From Felis catus (taxonomy: Eukaryota), in the NCBI RefSeq assembly GCF_018350175.1, contig NC_058369.1:27096001-27160000 (forward strand): DNA of 64,000 nucleotides, written 5' to 3'. Under the pieces are notes generated by a model, which saw only the letters and a program-made list of their open reading frames with translations, was not told where the DNA came from and did not search any database. The position numbers were made by a program, and so were the translations under genes. Positions 36,354 through 50,248 of this stretch are shown one piece after another (positions within the stretch are counted from its first letter, which is position 1; every line of letters starts with the position of its first letter).

Positions 36354-39300
36354 TTATCTAAAAATCCCAGAAGACTTTGTATAAGAGGTGGAACTTGATT
36401 AAGAGAGGAAAATTAAAATTTCGAGTACAGGAGAAGGGGTCACAAACTCGGAATCCTAATTTACCCAGACTACATAGAAAAAGAGAGAGCGAGAGACCCA
36501 GAGAAAGTAGCAGTTTGAGCTCATTATTCTAATTTGTAAAATGGAGATAGAGCCACCTGCTCTGACTGCCTCCCAAGTTTTGGTGGGTTGGATGACACAG
36601 CAGGTAATAAATAATAATAACTTCATTTTATTGCATACTAATTGAGCATTCTTTCTAAGCAATTTGCATGCGATATCTTACAGTATCTTACACACAACCT
36701 CAGTGTAACCCAATGAAAATGTTGCTTGGTGTGAAGGGATTACTGACTAGAAACCATTAATGCACTTTTTAATTTTGTCTCTCTGAGAATTTGATCTTTG
36801 CTCTCCTTAGCTCAACTGTGGCATCTGCTTGGGGTGGCATGTGGGAGTGAGGAGGAACATTAGGATTCGTTAAGGAAGGAAGTCAGAGACAAGGTCTTAG
36901 CTTCTGAGATGCAAAGAAAACTTGCAAGTTGGATAATTTCCCTGAAATAATATTTAAATTTTTTATTTCCTCTTTTGGAGGACTGGGGTGGGTCCAAATA
37001 TGGAAGATCTAGTTTATAACACTGTTGCATGAAGATATTTCTTCTGCTCAGGCAGCCAGCCTGGCTCTAAGGTATCAGGATGTAGGGGAAGTGAAAGGAA
37101 AATAGCCCATCTGTCTTCTGGCCTGGTAAATGGTAGGAAGAGAAACAGGTGAGTGGAGAGGAGGAGCAAGAGGAGAGGAATTTGTGTGGATTTCCTCACT
37201 TTTGGCTCTGGGGAGGGAAGGTCTATCACATAAGTGAGGATTTAATTGAGGAAAGGGGGTTATTGCCCATGCCATTGAGGCATTTGGACAAGGATCTCAT
37301 TTTGGACAGCCCCAGAATTCACCCTGTTAAGTTGTACAGGTGGTTAGAAGGAGCTTCAGGGCTTTGGCTTCCCTGACTGTGCTCAGTCCTGCAGTGTGGA
37401 CCCTTAGTGTGAACCATGGGGCTGCCTTGGGACTTTCTGTCACATGGTTGTGCAAGAAAGATAGTACAGAGATCTGGGTCTGTAGGCAGCAGGAGTGAAG
37501 AAAGGCCAAGACACTGGGAAGCAGCACTGGGACTGGACCAAGCCTAGCTGAGGGCCAGAATGGCCACAGTGACCAGGGAACAGGAGCTTGTTCCTGGAAA
37601 CTGAGGACACCGGAGCCCAAACCCCTGAGCTTCCCACACTCCCTCATATCTTGTAAGACTTGAACACCTCAATAAGATACCTGAATACCTGCTTAGGAAA
37701 AGAGACAGGAGAAGAGCTTCTGAGGGTCTAAGCTTTTTAATGAAGAGGGACTGAACTAAAGAAATTCTTTACTTTTCAGATTAGATTCAGTTTTAAGCAA
37801 GATTGTATATTTCATTTCCTCTCTTCACTTCCCCTGCCCTGCCACTATTCCAACTAGTGGTGGGGAGAGGAGTGGGGAAGTCAGATTCATTTTGGTCAAA
37901 ATTGTTTACAATTATATATATTTTTCTGTACAAACAAGTTGTATTGTCAGTGAAAAGTAACAACCCCTTCACACTGTCATCATCTCCATTGTCACTCATC
38001 TGTCTGGCTCTAAAACTAGAACACCACTGAAAACTTGAAAGACATACACAAAGTTAGAGCTGCTATCATCATTGTGATTGTGGTTGTCATTGTTAGGATT
38101 TAGGCCACTGTGGTAAAATAAAATCCAAACTGCAGACATCACAATTGAGGCTGGAACTGGTGTTGTGGAAGACGCTAGCTGTATGCAAAAATGGAGCAAG
38201 GTCCTGGAAACCAATGAATGAAAGCAGCAACATGTAGAAGATTGAACCGCAGCCCACCCTGGGGGGCTCAGGGCAAGGAAGGGGACCGTCCTTCGGAGGC
38301 AAGTATTTTTACCCCTCTGTGTTCTGAGTTTCACTTCAAGGAAAAGGTTGAAAACCAGTCTTGGAACTGGAAGGAGAGTTTGCAAGGAAATGGTTCTCTT
38401 CTGGCTCTGCAGTCTGAGACCACTTCCCAGAATTGGTCCCCAGGGAAGAGCATGTGGCAGTTAGCTAGTCAGGGTGGAGAAGGGAAAGGGTAGGAGCTGG
38501 AGAGGTGAGCACTCTGACTCATGGTGATGGAGAGGTGGTGAGGAGGAATGGCGTTTTTCCTCCCTATGAAAAGTCTAGAGTTACCCTTTGAAACGTTGGC
38601 TGTGGTCTGACTAGCTGGCGAATATTCCCGTGTGCCAGAAAGAGAAAGGATGCTGAGCCCTTAGACACCATCTGCTGAGCATGTCCTGGCACATGCCAGC
38701 TGCCTGACTGAGTGATTTGGAAGTTATTTGTGTTTCAGGCTCTAAGCACAATCTCTAACACTGTCTTCCTACCAGGAAACTGTTTCTCTCCCTCCTGGAG
38801 AGGTCTGAGAGCTCTCGGTTGAGGAGAAACTTCATGACAGTTCATTTGGAACTTCCATTTGGTGTAGGAAAAATGATGTTTTAAAAAGTAGGCAGAGTTG
38901 TGAAGTGTATATAATAAGGCCTGGCTTGGGCACTTGGACACAGAGCCTTCATCCCAAATCTCTTCTAGCAGGTAGGCAGATTTCCAAGTTTCAAACTATA
39001 GTGCTGTAAATGTGGGATCTAAATGTGCTCGATGTCTTCACCTGACAGAGCAGGCAAGGAGAAGAACCAGGCATGAGTAGGATTTAGTCCGAGGACAGCA
39101 TTTGTTCCATGAACATTTACTTGTTTGCATCGGCCTCAGTGAGATTCTTACAAAGGAAAAGGGATGGGCCTGTGGATAGTTTTTCCCTCTGTCGCTTCTT
39201 GTTTTTTCCTTGTACTGTCTACATTTTCTATAATGAGTATATATTTCTTTGCTTCTCAGGAAAAAAAAATCTTTAAAAGATAGGACTAAAAACTTGGATC

Positions 39301-39499
39301 TTAACAGCTGCTGACATCCTGTGCCCTCAGATTGTGGTGAGGGGGAGGGAGGGTGAGAGAACAAAGATCCAGATCTCCTTTTAAGGCTTCATGGCTGCCT
39401 GCCCACCCCATTGATTTCATAAGAATCGTACATACTGCTCTGTTTCAAAAACTAGTCTGGGTAACAGGTACCATTAGGGAATTATCATTTAATTTTCTT

Positions 39500-40870
39500 G
39501 GGAGCCATACTGTATTGTATATGTATGAGCATATAATAGGAGAAAGTCCTTGTTTGTAGGATATATAGGTGGAAACATTCAAAGGTGAATGTCAAGATTG
39601 CTGCTTCGTAATTTGAGGTAGTTCCTATAAAAAGGCACATATGAAGCAAGTATTGCAAAAAGTTAAAAACTATTGAGCTTAGTGATTGCTATATGTATAT
39701 TCCTTGCACTTTTCTTTCAATATTTCTATTTGTTTGAAATTTGGGGTAATAAAAATTTTGGAACAAAAACAAAGAGTCAAACATTACTCTCAAGGAAGCA
39801 TATTTCACAGTGGGGAAAGGGAAACAAATTTGTTCTGGATGCTCCTTAATGCCACCCTTCCCCTCTCTTCTAACACCCATGTGTTTGTGAAAGACTATTC
39901 ATAGCACTGTTGTTTATAATACCTTTAAATTGGAAATGGTCTTCACTTCCATCATTAGAATAGTGGTTACATAGCTTAAGGTACGTCTATATAACGAAAG
40001 ACCATGGAGATTAAAGCAAGCTTATGTATATATATAATTACTTAAAAATTTTTATTATTATTTAAGTAGTTCACAAAGTAGCAAAAGGAAAGAAAAAAAA
40101 CAAAAGAATTTTCCAATACATGCAAATAACCAACAAGAAAAAGAGACATCCTAATACAATATAGGTGCTTTAAACAGACTTCCCAAAAGAGAATATTCAG
40201 ATGGCTTCTAAACATATGCAAAGGTGTTTGACCTAATTAGCAATCATTGAAATGAAAATTGAAGCCACAGAGATGTCCCCCTCTAAACCAATACGATTGA
40301 CTAAAATAAAAAGATCCTGATAATAAAAAGTGTTAGAGAAGATGTGGGGCACCTGGAATGCTTATACTCTGATGCTAGGAGTGTAAGTTAGTACATTTAC
40401 TTTGGAAAAACAGTTTGGCATTATGTAATAAAGTTGAAAACATACATACTTTATGATTCAGCAATTGTATTCATAGAAATATTTCCTAAAGAAATTTATA
40501 CACTTATGCAGCAGGATACATATATGAGAATATTTACAAGAGCATATTTGTAAGAGCCAGAAATTGGCAATAACTCATATACCCATCAACAGTAGGATCC
40601 ATAAATAAGTTGTGATGTATTTGTACAATAGAATATTATACTGAAAAAAATGAAAAAATGATAGTTATGAGACACAATTTGGATTAATCTCAACAAACAT
40701 AATATTAAGCAATATAAAAGCAAGAAAAAATAAGAATATTATACAATATGATTCCATTTATGTAAGGTCCAGAGAATAGACAAAATTAGATGATATTGTT
40801 AGGTTTGTTTGCATAGAAGGTTAAATTATAAACTAAATCAAAGAAATATGTATGCTATATAACATAATGC
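39500..40870 (+). mobile_element. Old L1 3' fragments (L1M-type)
   Basis: ACTTTGGAAAAACAGTTTGGCA, TATGATTCAGCAATT, ACCCATCAACAGTAG, ATATGATTCCATTTAT. Confidence 0.88.
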
Positions 40871-40934
40871 ACTTCTCTCTGCTTCTCTGAGTTTTACAAT
40901 AAAATAATTAAAGTTGAATGTAGAATATGATCCT

Positions 40935-43322
40935 AATTTGTCCTACTATTTCTACATGTGTTTTCTTCTATCTTTATGAGTGTATGGAGATTCTGGGCTT
41001 CTTTTCACGTGCTTATTGGCCATTCGTATATCTTCTTCCTTGGACTGTTTGTTCAAATACTTCATTCATTTTAAAAATTTTAAGGTTGAATGGTAAAGAA
41101 AGGTATATGTATTAAAGATACTAGTCTTTTGTTAAATGAATATTCATATGTGTATGTACTGCAAATATTTTTCTCCCACTTCATGGCTTACTTTCTCATT
41201 TTTTAAATCTTGATTTTAGAATAGCAAAAGTTTTGATAAAGTTAAATTTACCAGTTTTTGTTTGTTTGTTTCATTGTCTTTTGTGTCCTTTAAAAGAAAA
41301 TCTTCGCATACTTCATGTTTGTGAAGATCTCCTTCTATGTTTTCTTCTCGAAGTATTATCAATTTAGTTTTTATGTTTAGGCTCATGATCTAATTTGAGT
41401 AATTTGCATGAATTAATGACAAAGTTTAATTTTTCTTATTTCCAGCTGTTGCAGCACCATTTGCTGAAAAGTCTATCACTTTTACATTAAATTATCTCTG
41501 CATTTTTGTTGAAGACAAATTGATCATATATGTATAAATGTATTTCTGGATTCTCTATTCTGTTCCATTTAAATACTTCTATGTCTATCTTTATGCCAAT
41601 ACTAAATTCTCACGGTTACTAGCCTTATATAAATGTCACTTATAATCATATAGTCTAAGTTCTCCAACTTTGTTTCTTTTTTTCCAAAACTGTTTTGACT
41701 ATCCTAGGTATTCTGCATTTTAACATACATTTTAGAATCAGATTGTTAATTTCTACAAAATATATGCTGAGATTTTGATTTTGATTATCAATAGCTCAAC
41801 TTGGGTGAGAACTGACATCTCAACACTACCAAGTTTCAAATCTATGACCGTAGTATATCTCTCCTCTTAATTAAGTCTTCTTTAGCTTTTCTAAGCAATG
41901 TTTTATAGTTTTCAGTGCATGTGTCACACATTTTGTTATATTTATCCTTAGGAACATCATGATTTAAAATTTTTAGTATAAGTTGTATTATTTTTAAAAT
42001 TCCAATTGCTCATTGTTAGTATTTAAAATTATAATTGATGTTCGTGTATTGACTTTGTATTCAGCAACCCTCCTGCCAGTCAGGATCCAATCAGAAAATG
42101 GAAACCACACCAGTAATTTAAACAAGGAATTTTAATAGAGTTTTTATTTATTTTACAAAATATTATTAAATAGTAACAGGGAGTTAACTACTACAAGGAG
42201 TAGAAAACAACTTTTAGCAATTCAGGAATAGTAAATACAGGGATTAGCAACTACCACTAAGACTGAGGTAAAGTACCCAAGAGTAGAACTAAGAATTCAG
42301 AGGAAGGCCATGTCCCAAGGATGAGATTCGCTCCTAGTTGGAGGGCTATGGCTGGAGTGCACTAGGTGATGCAGATATATGCTGAGGTGATGATGGGCTG
42401 GAGAGGGTCCATAGGAAGCCACTTGCTGGAGTACTGGAGAGATTTTCTGGAGAGTAACTGCCACGGATACTCTTACATTCAGTGCTGCTGGTAGCTGTAC
42501 TGCATGGGTTGGTGGGGATGGAGGGACATACAGAACTAGGAAGAGAAGCTTCTGCAATGCCTTGCAGGCCTCTCCAGCTTCCTTTCTTGACAAAAATTGA
42601 CACTACACTAGCTGACAGCAAATATTTACAGGTCCATCTGCATTATCACCAAACAGGACAAGATGGGCAGATTCGGAACTGAGAGGCAAACATTGATAAC
42701 TGGCACACTTGCTAAACTTACTTACTAACTTTAGTAGCTCACTGTTTTTCTTTGTAATTTCCTTAGTAAATTCCTTAATATTTTCTGTTCATTTTTTCAA
42801 TCATCTCTTAACAAAGCAGTTTTACTTTTTTCTTTCCAATCTGGGCACATTTAGTTTCTTTTTCTAAACTTTAAATAGAAGTGCTGAGAGCAAACATGCC
42901 TTCCTTAAGGGTAAGATATTCAAATTTTCATTATTAAGTATGATGTTAATGGCAGGATTTTTTTTCATGCCCTTTATCAGGTTGAGAATATTTCCTTCTC
43001 TTCCTAGTGTGCTGAGAATCTTTATCATAAGTGAGTATTGAATTTTGTCAAATGTTTTAATGCATTTATTAACATCATCATGTGGTTTTACTTTTTTAGT
43101 CTGTGGATATTGTGAATTACATCAGTTGTTTTTCAACGTTGAACCTTTCATTCCTGGAATATTCTACTTGATTGTGAGACTTACTATTTTATGTATTATT
43201 GCATGTGATTGGCTGATACTCCCTTAAGGATTTTTGTTATCTATGTCCATGAGGAATATTGATGTGTAGCTTTCTTTTTTTGTAATGTCTTTATCTAGTT
43301 TTGGTATCATAATAATGCTGGC
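40935..43322 (-). mobile_element. Old L1 ORF2/3' region, interrupted by an LTR
   Basis: GTGCTTATTGGCCATTCGTATATCTTC, CAGCACCATTTGCTGAAAAG, TTTTAGAATCAGATTGTTAATTTCTAC. Confidence 0.92.
42074..42707 (-). mobile_element. ERVL solo LTR (LTR41/LTR33-like)
   Basis: Reverse strand begins TGTGCCAGTTATCAATGTTTGCCTCTCAG and ends GGTGTGGTTTCC...TGATTGGATCCTGACTGGCA; L1 continues on both sides. Confidence 0.8.
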
Positions 43323-43956
43323 CACAGGTTAAGGACCCAGTCCCACAAAACTGTTCCTCATCCCATGACATACATTTTAGATGCCAGATGCAAGCTCAGG
43401 TTATCACCTGCACTTCTGATCATCCACATAACCAACAATAAGAGATTCCAACGACCCCTTTCTTGGGTTTGATTAATCTGCTAGAGTATCTTCCAAAACT
43501 CAGAAAAACACATACTTACATTTACCAATTTGTTAAAGAATGTGGTAATGAATACAGATGAACAGCCAGATGAAGAGAGACATAGGGTGAATTTGGGAGA
43601 GTCGTGAGCATAGTTGCTTCTGTCCCTGTGGAGTTGGGGTATGCTACCTTCCCTGTGTGATGGGTTCACCCACCAGGAAGCTGTCCAAATGCTATACTAT
43701 TTGAACTTTATGGAGGCTTCCTCACATACGTATAATCAATTATTAACTTCATTTATACCTCCTTTCCCCTCTCTGGAAGATAAGGGATGGGGCTGAATAG
43801 TTCACACTTCTAATCATGGTTTGGTCTTTCTGGTGACCAGTCACCATCCTGGAGTAATCCAGGAGCCCACCTTGATTTTGGCTCAGGTCATGATCCCAGG
43901 GTCATGAAATTGAGGCCCATGTTGGGCTCTACGCTGAGTGTGGGGCCTGCTTGGGA

Positions 43957-43998
<42 letters not shown>

Positions 43999-44213
43999 AA
44001 TAAAGACAAAAGAAAAGAAAAGAAAAGAAAAGAAAAGAAAAGAAAAGAAAAGAAAAGAAAAGAAAAGAAAGAAGGAAGGAAGGAAAGGAAGGAAGGAAGG
44101 AAGGAAGGAAGGAAGGAAGGAAGGAAGGAAGGAAGGAAGGAAGAAGAAAGAACAAGAGATGTTCCTAGCACTCTGTATCACTTGGGAATTTACAAGAGTT
44201 TTAGGAGCTCTGT
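43322..44213 (-). mobile_element. MER21-like LTR
   Basis: CCACAGGTTAAGGACCCAGTCCCACAA, ATACAGATGAACAGCCAGATGAAGAGA, TCTGTCCCTGTGGAGTTGGGGT, TTTTAGGAGCTCTGT. Confidence 0.85.
43871..44150 (+). mobile_element. 5'-deleted Can-SINE with (AAAAG)n(GAAG)n tail
   Basis: Begins at CTTGATTTTGGCTCAGGTCATGATC; (CT)n; expanded purine tail. Confidence 0.93.
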
Positions 44214-44289
44214 AAGATATGTATATATCTTACATATAATTATTACATATATAATATATATTTCTTCATATTTCATAATATACATTTTA

Positions 44290-44529
44290 ACTTATGACAG
44301 ACTTTTAAAATAAAGCTGTACATATATTGTGTATACTATAAAACCATTTCAACAGTATTCCATAATTCCCATCCTTTGTGCTATTCTTTGCATAGATTTT
44401 ATTTTTATGTTTTAAATTTCACAACACATGGCTTTTAATTTGCTTTAAATAGTCAATATCTATGTGTAATACATTTTAAACTGAGGGAAAAACTCTTAAA
44501 TTTACCCACACACTTAATATTTCTGATTT

Positions 44530-44585
<56 letters not shown>

Positions 44586-46260
44586 TTCTTTTCTTTTCTT
44601 TTCTTTCTTTCTTTCGAGTGCACTTGCCAACAGGGGAGAAGTCAGAGGGAGGGAAAGAGAGAAATCTTAAGCAGGCTCCACACTGTCAGTGCAGAGCCCA
44701 ACGTGGGGCTCGATTCCACAACCCTGGGATCATGACCTGAGCTGAAACCAAGAGTCGGACATCCAACCAACTGAGCCACTCAGGTGACCCTGATGTTCTT
44801 TTTTCTGGTCCTTGTTTCCATGTGGAATAATATTTCTTCTAAATTTTAAAGAATTTTTAACGTTTTCTGAAAATGCAGTTCTATTGGGGATGAATTTTCT
44901 TACATTTTGTTTTTCTGAAAAAGTTTTCATTTTGCTTTCTCTTCTGAAGGATATTATCATTGGATATAGAATTCTAGGCTTATAGATACTCTTCTTCTGC
45001 AACGTTTTCAAGATGTTTTTCCATTGTCTTCTAATTCTATAGATTTATAGTTTTCATCATATTTGGGAAGCTTTTTGCCTTTAATATTTAAAATTTTTTT
45101 TGTAACTCCTTCTTCTAGGATTCCTACAATGTATATTTCATACCATTTTCTGTTCTCTTCTCCCTGTGCTTCGTTTACTTTACATTCTATTGTTACATTC
45201 AAGATTACCTTATAGTTTTCAGGGTCAAATCTGCTGTTAGATCTATCTATTAAATTTTTATTTTAGATATTACAATCTTTTATCTTTAAAAGTTCCATTT
45301 GACTCTCTATTAATATGTTTGATTTCTCTCATCTTTTAGTTATGTTTCTATGAAATACAAATCCATTGTTATGATAACTATTTTAACTTTTAACTCATCC
45401 TTTTCTGTGTGTTCCATATCTCCATCATCTTGTCTCTGAGTTCCATCATCTGTCATTTCCATGTTTATTTCTATGGAGTGGTTTTCTCCTGATTATATCA
45501 CATTCTCCTATTATCTTGTTTAATAATTTTTGGTTGGATGCTGTACATTGTGTATATTACACAGTTGAGTGTCTGGATTTCATTGTCTTCCTTTAAAGAA
45601 TTTTGGACATTATATTGAAAGATGTGTATTTTTCTATCAGCTTGAGCTTATTGAGTTCTTTTTTTAAGGATATGTGAGGGTTAGTTTATAGTAAACTTTA
45701 TTCTAGGCATAGATGAGCTCTATTACTACATCATGACCCCTCTTGGGTGTCCACTGAATATCATGGGTGATCACTGTGGATACTATACTCTGATTCATCA
45801 AAACTTGAACACCTCCCAATCATATGTGAGCACTGGCAATTGTTCTGCCTTCTTAACTCAGTCATTCTATGTCCTGTCTTATGGAGTTTCATTCTATTTA
45901 AGTACAACTTTGTACTTAATAAAGACTCCAGGTAACCCCTATTCAGCTTTCTGGAGCTCTTTGATTGCATGACTTCATCCTTTTTGGAATTCTGCCTACA
46001 TTTTCCATCCATTTTATCCTCTTCAGTCTTCAGCAAGACCACCAGGCTTTATTTGGTTCTCCCTTCCCTGTTCATAGTCTTAAAATTGCTTCAGACAGAG
46101 AACCACAACAATTTTAGGGATTACTTTTTTCCTTCTCTCTGGGATCCCAATCTGTGTTGCCTATTTTCCAATGTCTGAAAATATTTATTTCATATCTATT
46201 GTCCAGTTTTCTAGCTGATTCTTATAGGAGGTTAAATATGTTCCTTATTTCTCTAGTATA
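44290..46260 (-). mobile_element. Old L1 ORF1/5' region
   Basis: ORF 44730-45011 gives KPRILYP.IISFRRESKMKTFSEKQ..RKF, matching the L1 ORF1p C-terminal motif QPRILYPAKLSF..EGEIKTF.DKQKLREF. Confidence 0.85.
44530..44790 (-). mobile_element. Can-SINE with (TTTC)n tail
   Basis: TSD CTGATKTTCTTT at about 44523 and 44790. Confidence 0.95.
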
Positions 46261-46436
46261 TCTCATTTTAAACAAAATGTTAATTATAAACTGAATTTTA
46301 AAATTGAATTTATTTAAATTATAAAAGGAACCAAATCCAGTTCACTCACTTATCCCACCCCACCCCTTCTGGCATCCACCAAACTATTCTTTGTATTTAT
46401 GAGATTGCTATATATATGTATGTGTATATTCCCCAA

Positions 46437-46470
<34 letters not shown>

Positions 46471-46498
46471 GTATACATATATACATATATGTATATAT

Positions 46499-46534
<36 letters not shown>

Positions 46535-47073
46535 TCCACATATAAGTGAGATCATATGGTATTTGTCTTTCTCTTTCTGACTTATTCCACTTGCTATATG
46601 CCCTTGAGGTTTATCCATGTTGTCTCAAATGGCAAGTTTTCATTCTTTTTTATGGATGAATAATATTACTGTATATACATACCACAATTTCTTTATCCAT
46701 TCTTCCATTGATGGACTCTTAGGCTGTTTCCCTATCTTGGCTATGGTAAGTAATGCTGTAATAAACATAGGGGCACATGTATCTTTTCAAATTAACATTT
46801 TTATTATCTTTGGATCAATACCCTGAAGTAGAATTCCTGAACTGTATGCTAGTTCTATTTTTAATTTTTGAGGAACCTCCATACTGTTTTTCGTAGTGGC
46901 TATACCAACTTAAATCCCCACCAGTAGTGCACAGGGTTCCTTTTTCTCTACATATTTACCAACACTTGTTATTTCTAGTCTGTTTTATAATAGCCATTCT
47001 GACAGGTATGAGGTGATTACTCATTGTGGTTTTAAAATGCATTTATGTTTAATTAATGACATAGAACATCTTT

Positions 47074-47097
47074 AAAAAATGTTTTTTAATGTTTATT

Positions 47098-47142
<45 letters not shown>

Positions 47143-47311
47143 CTCTGAGTGGGGGAGGGACAGAGAGAGAGACACACACACAGAATCTGAAGCAAGCTCC
47201 AGACCCTGAGCTGTCAGCACAGAGCCCGATGCAGGGTGCAAACTCAGGAACTGCAGGTCATGACTTGAGCCGAAATCAGACGCTTAACCTACTGAGCTAC
47301 CCAAGCGCCCC
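47074..47311 (-). mobile_element. Can-SINE nested in L1
   Basis: 19-bp TSD AATGAYATAGAACATCTTT at 47055-47073 and 47312-47330. Confidence 0.97.
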
Positions 47312-47814
47312 AATGATATAGAACATCTTTTCATGTACCTGTTGGCTATCTGTATGTATTCTTTGGAAAGATGTCTATTCAGATCTTCTGCTCATTTTTT
47401 ATTCAGATTGTTGGTGTGTGTGTGTGTGTGTGTGTTTTGCTATTGAGTTGTATGAGTGCTTTTATGTTTTGCATATTAACCAATGTGAAATCAGATATAT
47501 AATTTGTAAATATTTTCTCCAATTCAGTAGGTGGCATTTTCATTCCCTTGATGGTTTTCTTTGCTATGCAGAGCTTTTTAGTTTGATGTAATCCCATGTG
47601 TTTATTTTTGCTTTTGTTGCTTTTGCTTTTGGTGTCAGATTTCAAAAAATGACTGCTAAGACCTATGTCAAAGAGCCTACCACCTATGTGTTCTTTGAGA
47701 AGTTTTATAGTTTCAGGTCTTATGTTTAAGTCTTAATCCATTTTGAGTTATTTATTTATTTTATGGTGTGGTCTAGTTTATTTTATTTATTTATTTGTTT
47801 GTTTGTTTATGTAT

Positions 47815-47845
<31 letters not shown>

Positions 47846-48173
47846 TTTTAAGAGAGTGGTCTAGTTTCGGTCTTTTGCATGTGGTTGTCCAGTTTTCCCA
47901 ACACCGTTTAATGAAGACACTGTCCTTTCCCCACTGTATATTCTTGGCTCCTTTGTTACACGTTAATTAACCAAATATGCTTGAGTTTATTTTTTGGGCT
48001 TTCTATTCTGTTCCACTGACCTATGTGTTTGTTTTTGTGCCAATACCACATAGTGTTAATTACTAAAGCTTTGTAATATAGTTTGAAATTAGGGAATGAG
48101 ATGTTTCCAGCTTTGTTCTTTTTTCTCAAGATTGCTTTGGCTGTTAGGGGTCTTTTATGGTTTCATACAAATT

Positions 48174-48388
48174 AAAAAAAAATTTTAGTGTTTATTTATT
48201 TTTGGGAGAGACAGAGACAGAATGCGAGTGGGGAAGGGGCAGAGAGAGAGGGAGACACAGAATCCGAAGCAGGCTCCAGGCTCCGAGCTGTCAGCACAGG
48301 GTCCGACGCAGGGCTCAAACTCACAAGCTGTGAGATTATGATCTGAGCCAAAGTCAGACACTCAACCGACTGAGCCACCCAGGTGCCC
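48174..48388 (-). mobile_element. Can-SINE nested in L1
   Basis: 16-bp TSD TGGTTTYATACAAATT. Confidence 0.97.
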
Positions 48389-49958
48389 TGGTTTTATACA
48401 AATTTTAGATATGTTTGTTCTATTCCTGTGAAAAATTCCAGTGAAAATTTGATAGGGTTTGCATTGAATCTGTAATTTGCTTTAGACAGTATGGACATTT
48501 TAAGAATATTAATTCTTCTTATTTATGAGCATGTAGCGTCTTTCCATTTATTTGTGTCATCTTTAATTTCTTTCATTAATGTCTTATGGTTTTCAATATA
48601 CAGGCCTTTCACCTCCTTGGTTAAATTTTTTCTAGGTATTTTATTTTTTGATGAAATATTAGGTGGGATTGTTTTTCTCATAGTTCATTATTAATGTATA
48701 GGAAACAACAGATTTTTGTATATTGATTTTTGTATCCTGAAACTTTCCTGAATTTATTAGTTCTAACAGTTTTCTGATGGAATCTTTAATATCAAGCCAT
48801 CTGCAAATAGGGACAGTTTTACTTCTTTCTTTCCAAATTTGGGTGTCTTTTATATCTTTTTCTTGCTTAATTGCTGTGGCTAAGATTTTCAATACTATGT
48901 TGAATAAAAACGGAAAGTGTTGGTGTCCCTGTCTTGTTCCTGACCTTAGAGAAAAAAAAATTTAGCTTTTCACCATGGTGTATGATATTAGCTGAGGGTT
49001 TGTCATATTAGGCCTTTATTACATTGAGATATGTTCTTTGTTTATCTGCTTTGTTGAGAGTTTTTGTCATGAATGGGTGTTTAATTTTGTCAAGTACTTT
49101 TCCTGCATCTATTAAGATAATCATATGATGTTATCCTTCATTTTATTATTGTGGTGTATCACATTAACTCATTCGAGGATGTTAAACAATCCTTGCATTT
49201 CTGGAATAAATACCAGTTGATCATTGTGTATTAAAATGAATTTAATAGAAGAAAAATCTCCAAACATGTTGTGTAACTTCAGATAATTAGAGTTAAAATT
49301 TTTGAATGATACTCCAAATTTTAAAAATGTGGGAAACCATATGATTTTGGAGTAATTAGTTTTTAATTATATATATATCAAACTTAGTTGGCATTCATAG
49401 AATCTGTAGTCTGAAAGATGAGGAAGTTGGGAATATTCCCCCCCCCCCGCCATTTTGCTTTTCCATTAATTGTTTTATATTGATATTTATACATTATTAT
49501 GTAGCCACAGTTCATGATGGTGTGTCTTAATTCTATGTTGAATTGGATTTAATTCTCACTGATATTTTACCACAACATGTCTGTTTTTTAGTTCCTCATT
49601 TCAATTTTTCATTTATTTGGTTGGATATATCATCAATCCTTCCCTCCCACCCCCCGAGTAAAGGCTCATGGGGAGTGTACTCTGAGTCCTTAAGGCTTAT
49701 GAATTTCTGTTTGTAGTCTTCTACTTGCAGTAAACTTGGATGGATATAAACTTTCCTCAGAACTTTTCATATATCGTTCTATTACTTTTTATCATCTAAT
49801 GTTATTATGGAAAAATCTTAAATAAGTCTAATATCTTCCTTTTTGACATGAACTACTTTTTGGCCTATATGTCCATAGAATTCATTTTGTGTATTTTTGA
49901 AATTTGGCAGCTGTATCAGAATATCTCTCTTAAAAAAAAAAAACCAAACAAAACTTTT

Positions 49959-50125
49959 GGGGCACCTGAATGGCTCAGTCAGTTAAGTGTCTGACTTCAG
50001 CTCAGGTCATGATCTCACAGCTTGTGAGTTCAAGCCCCATGTGTGGATAGCTCAGAGCCCGGAGCCTGCTTCAGATTCTGTGTCTCCCTGTTTCTCTGCC
50101 CCTGCCTACTCATGCTCTGTCTTTG

Positions 50126-50164
<39 letters not shown>

Positions 50165-50191
50165 TAAACATAAACGTTAAAAAAAAAAAAA
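49959..50191 (+). mobile_element. Can-SINE with small internal deletion
   Basis: GGGGCACCTGAATGGCTCAG head; CAAGCCCCATGTGTGGATAGCTC lacks part of the usual GGCTCTGTGCTGAC. Confidence 0.95.
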
Positions 50192-50248
50192 CCCTTTTAA
50201 TTCCAGTATAGTTAACAGGCAGTGTTAATTAGTTTCAGGTGTACAATA
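50192..50248 (-). mobile_element. Extremely truncated carnivore L1 3' end
   Basis: TTTTAATTCCAGTATAGTTAAC...TTAGTTTCAGGTGTACAATA; TSD TGTATCAGAATATSTCT at 49912 and 50249. Confidence 0.8.

Larger units (their letters stand above)
46330..49232 (-). mobile_element. Carnivore-age L1, 3' UTR plus ORF2 3' part, 5'-truncated
   Basis: TTCCACATATAAGTGAGATCATATGGTATTTGTCTTTCTC; ORF remnants such as ILATAIKQEKDIK and KINIQKSV; carries two SINEs. Confidence 0.95.

Noticed and set aside
40060..41100. Twin-priming L1 inversion at the +/- L1 junction
   Set aside because: Both arms cover the same part of the L1 3' region, whereas twin priming gives non-overlapping parts. Two independent insertions are more likely.
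43888..44313. KEKKR/KEGR repeat proteins
   Set aside because: Translation of the (AAAAG)n(GAAG)n SINE tail.
46330..49232. Active L1 or functional ORF2
   Set aside because: 5'-truncated, frameshifted, full of stops and interrupted by two SINEs.
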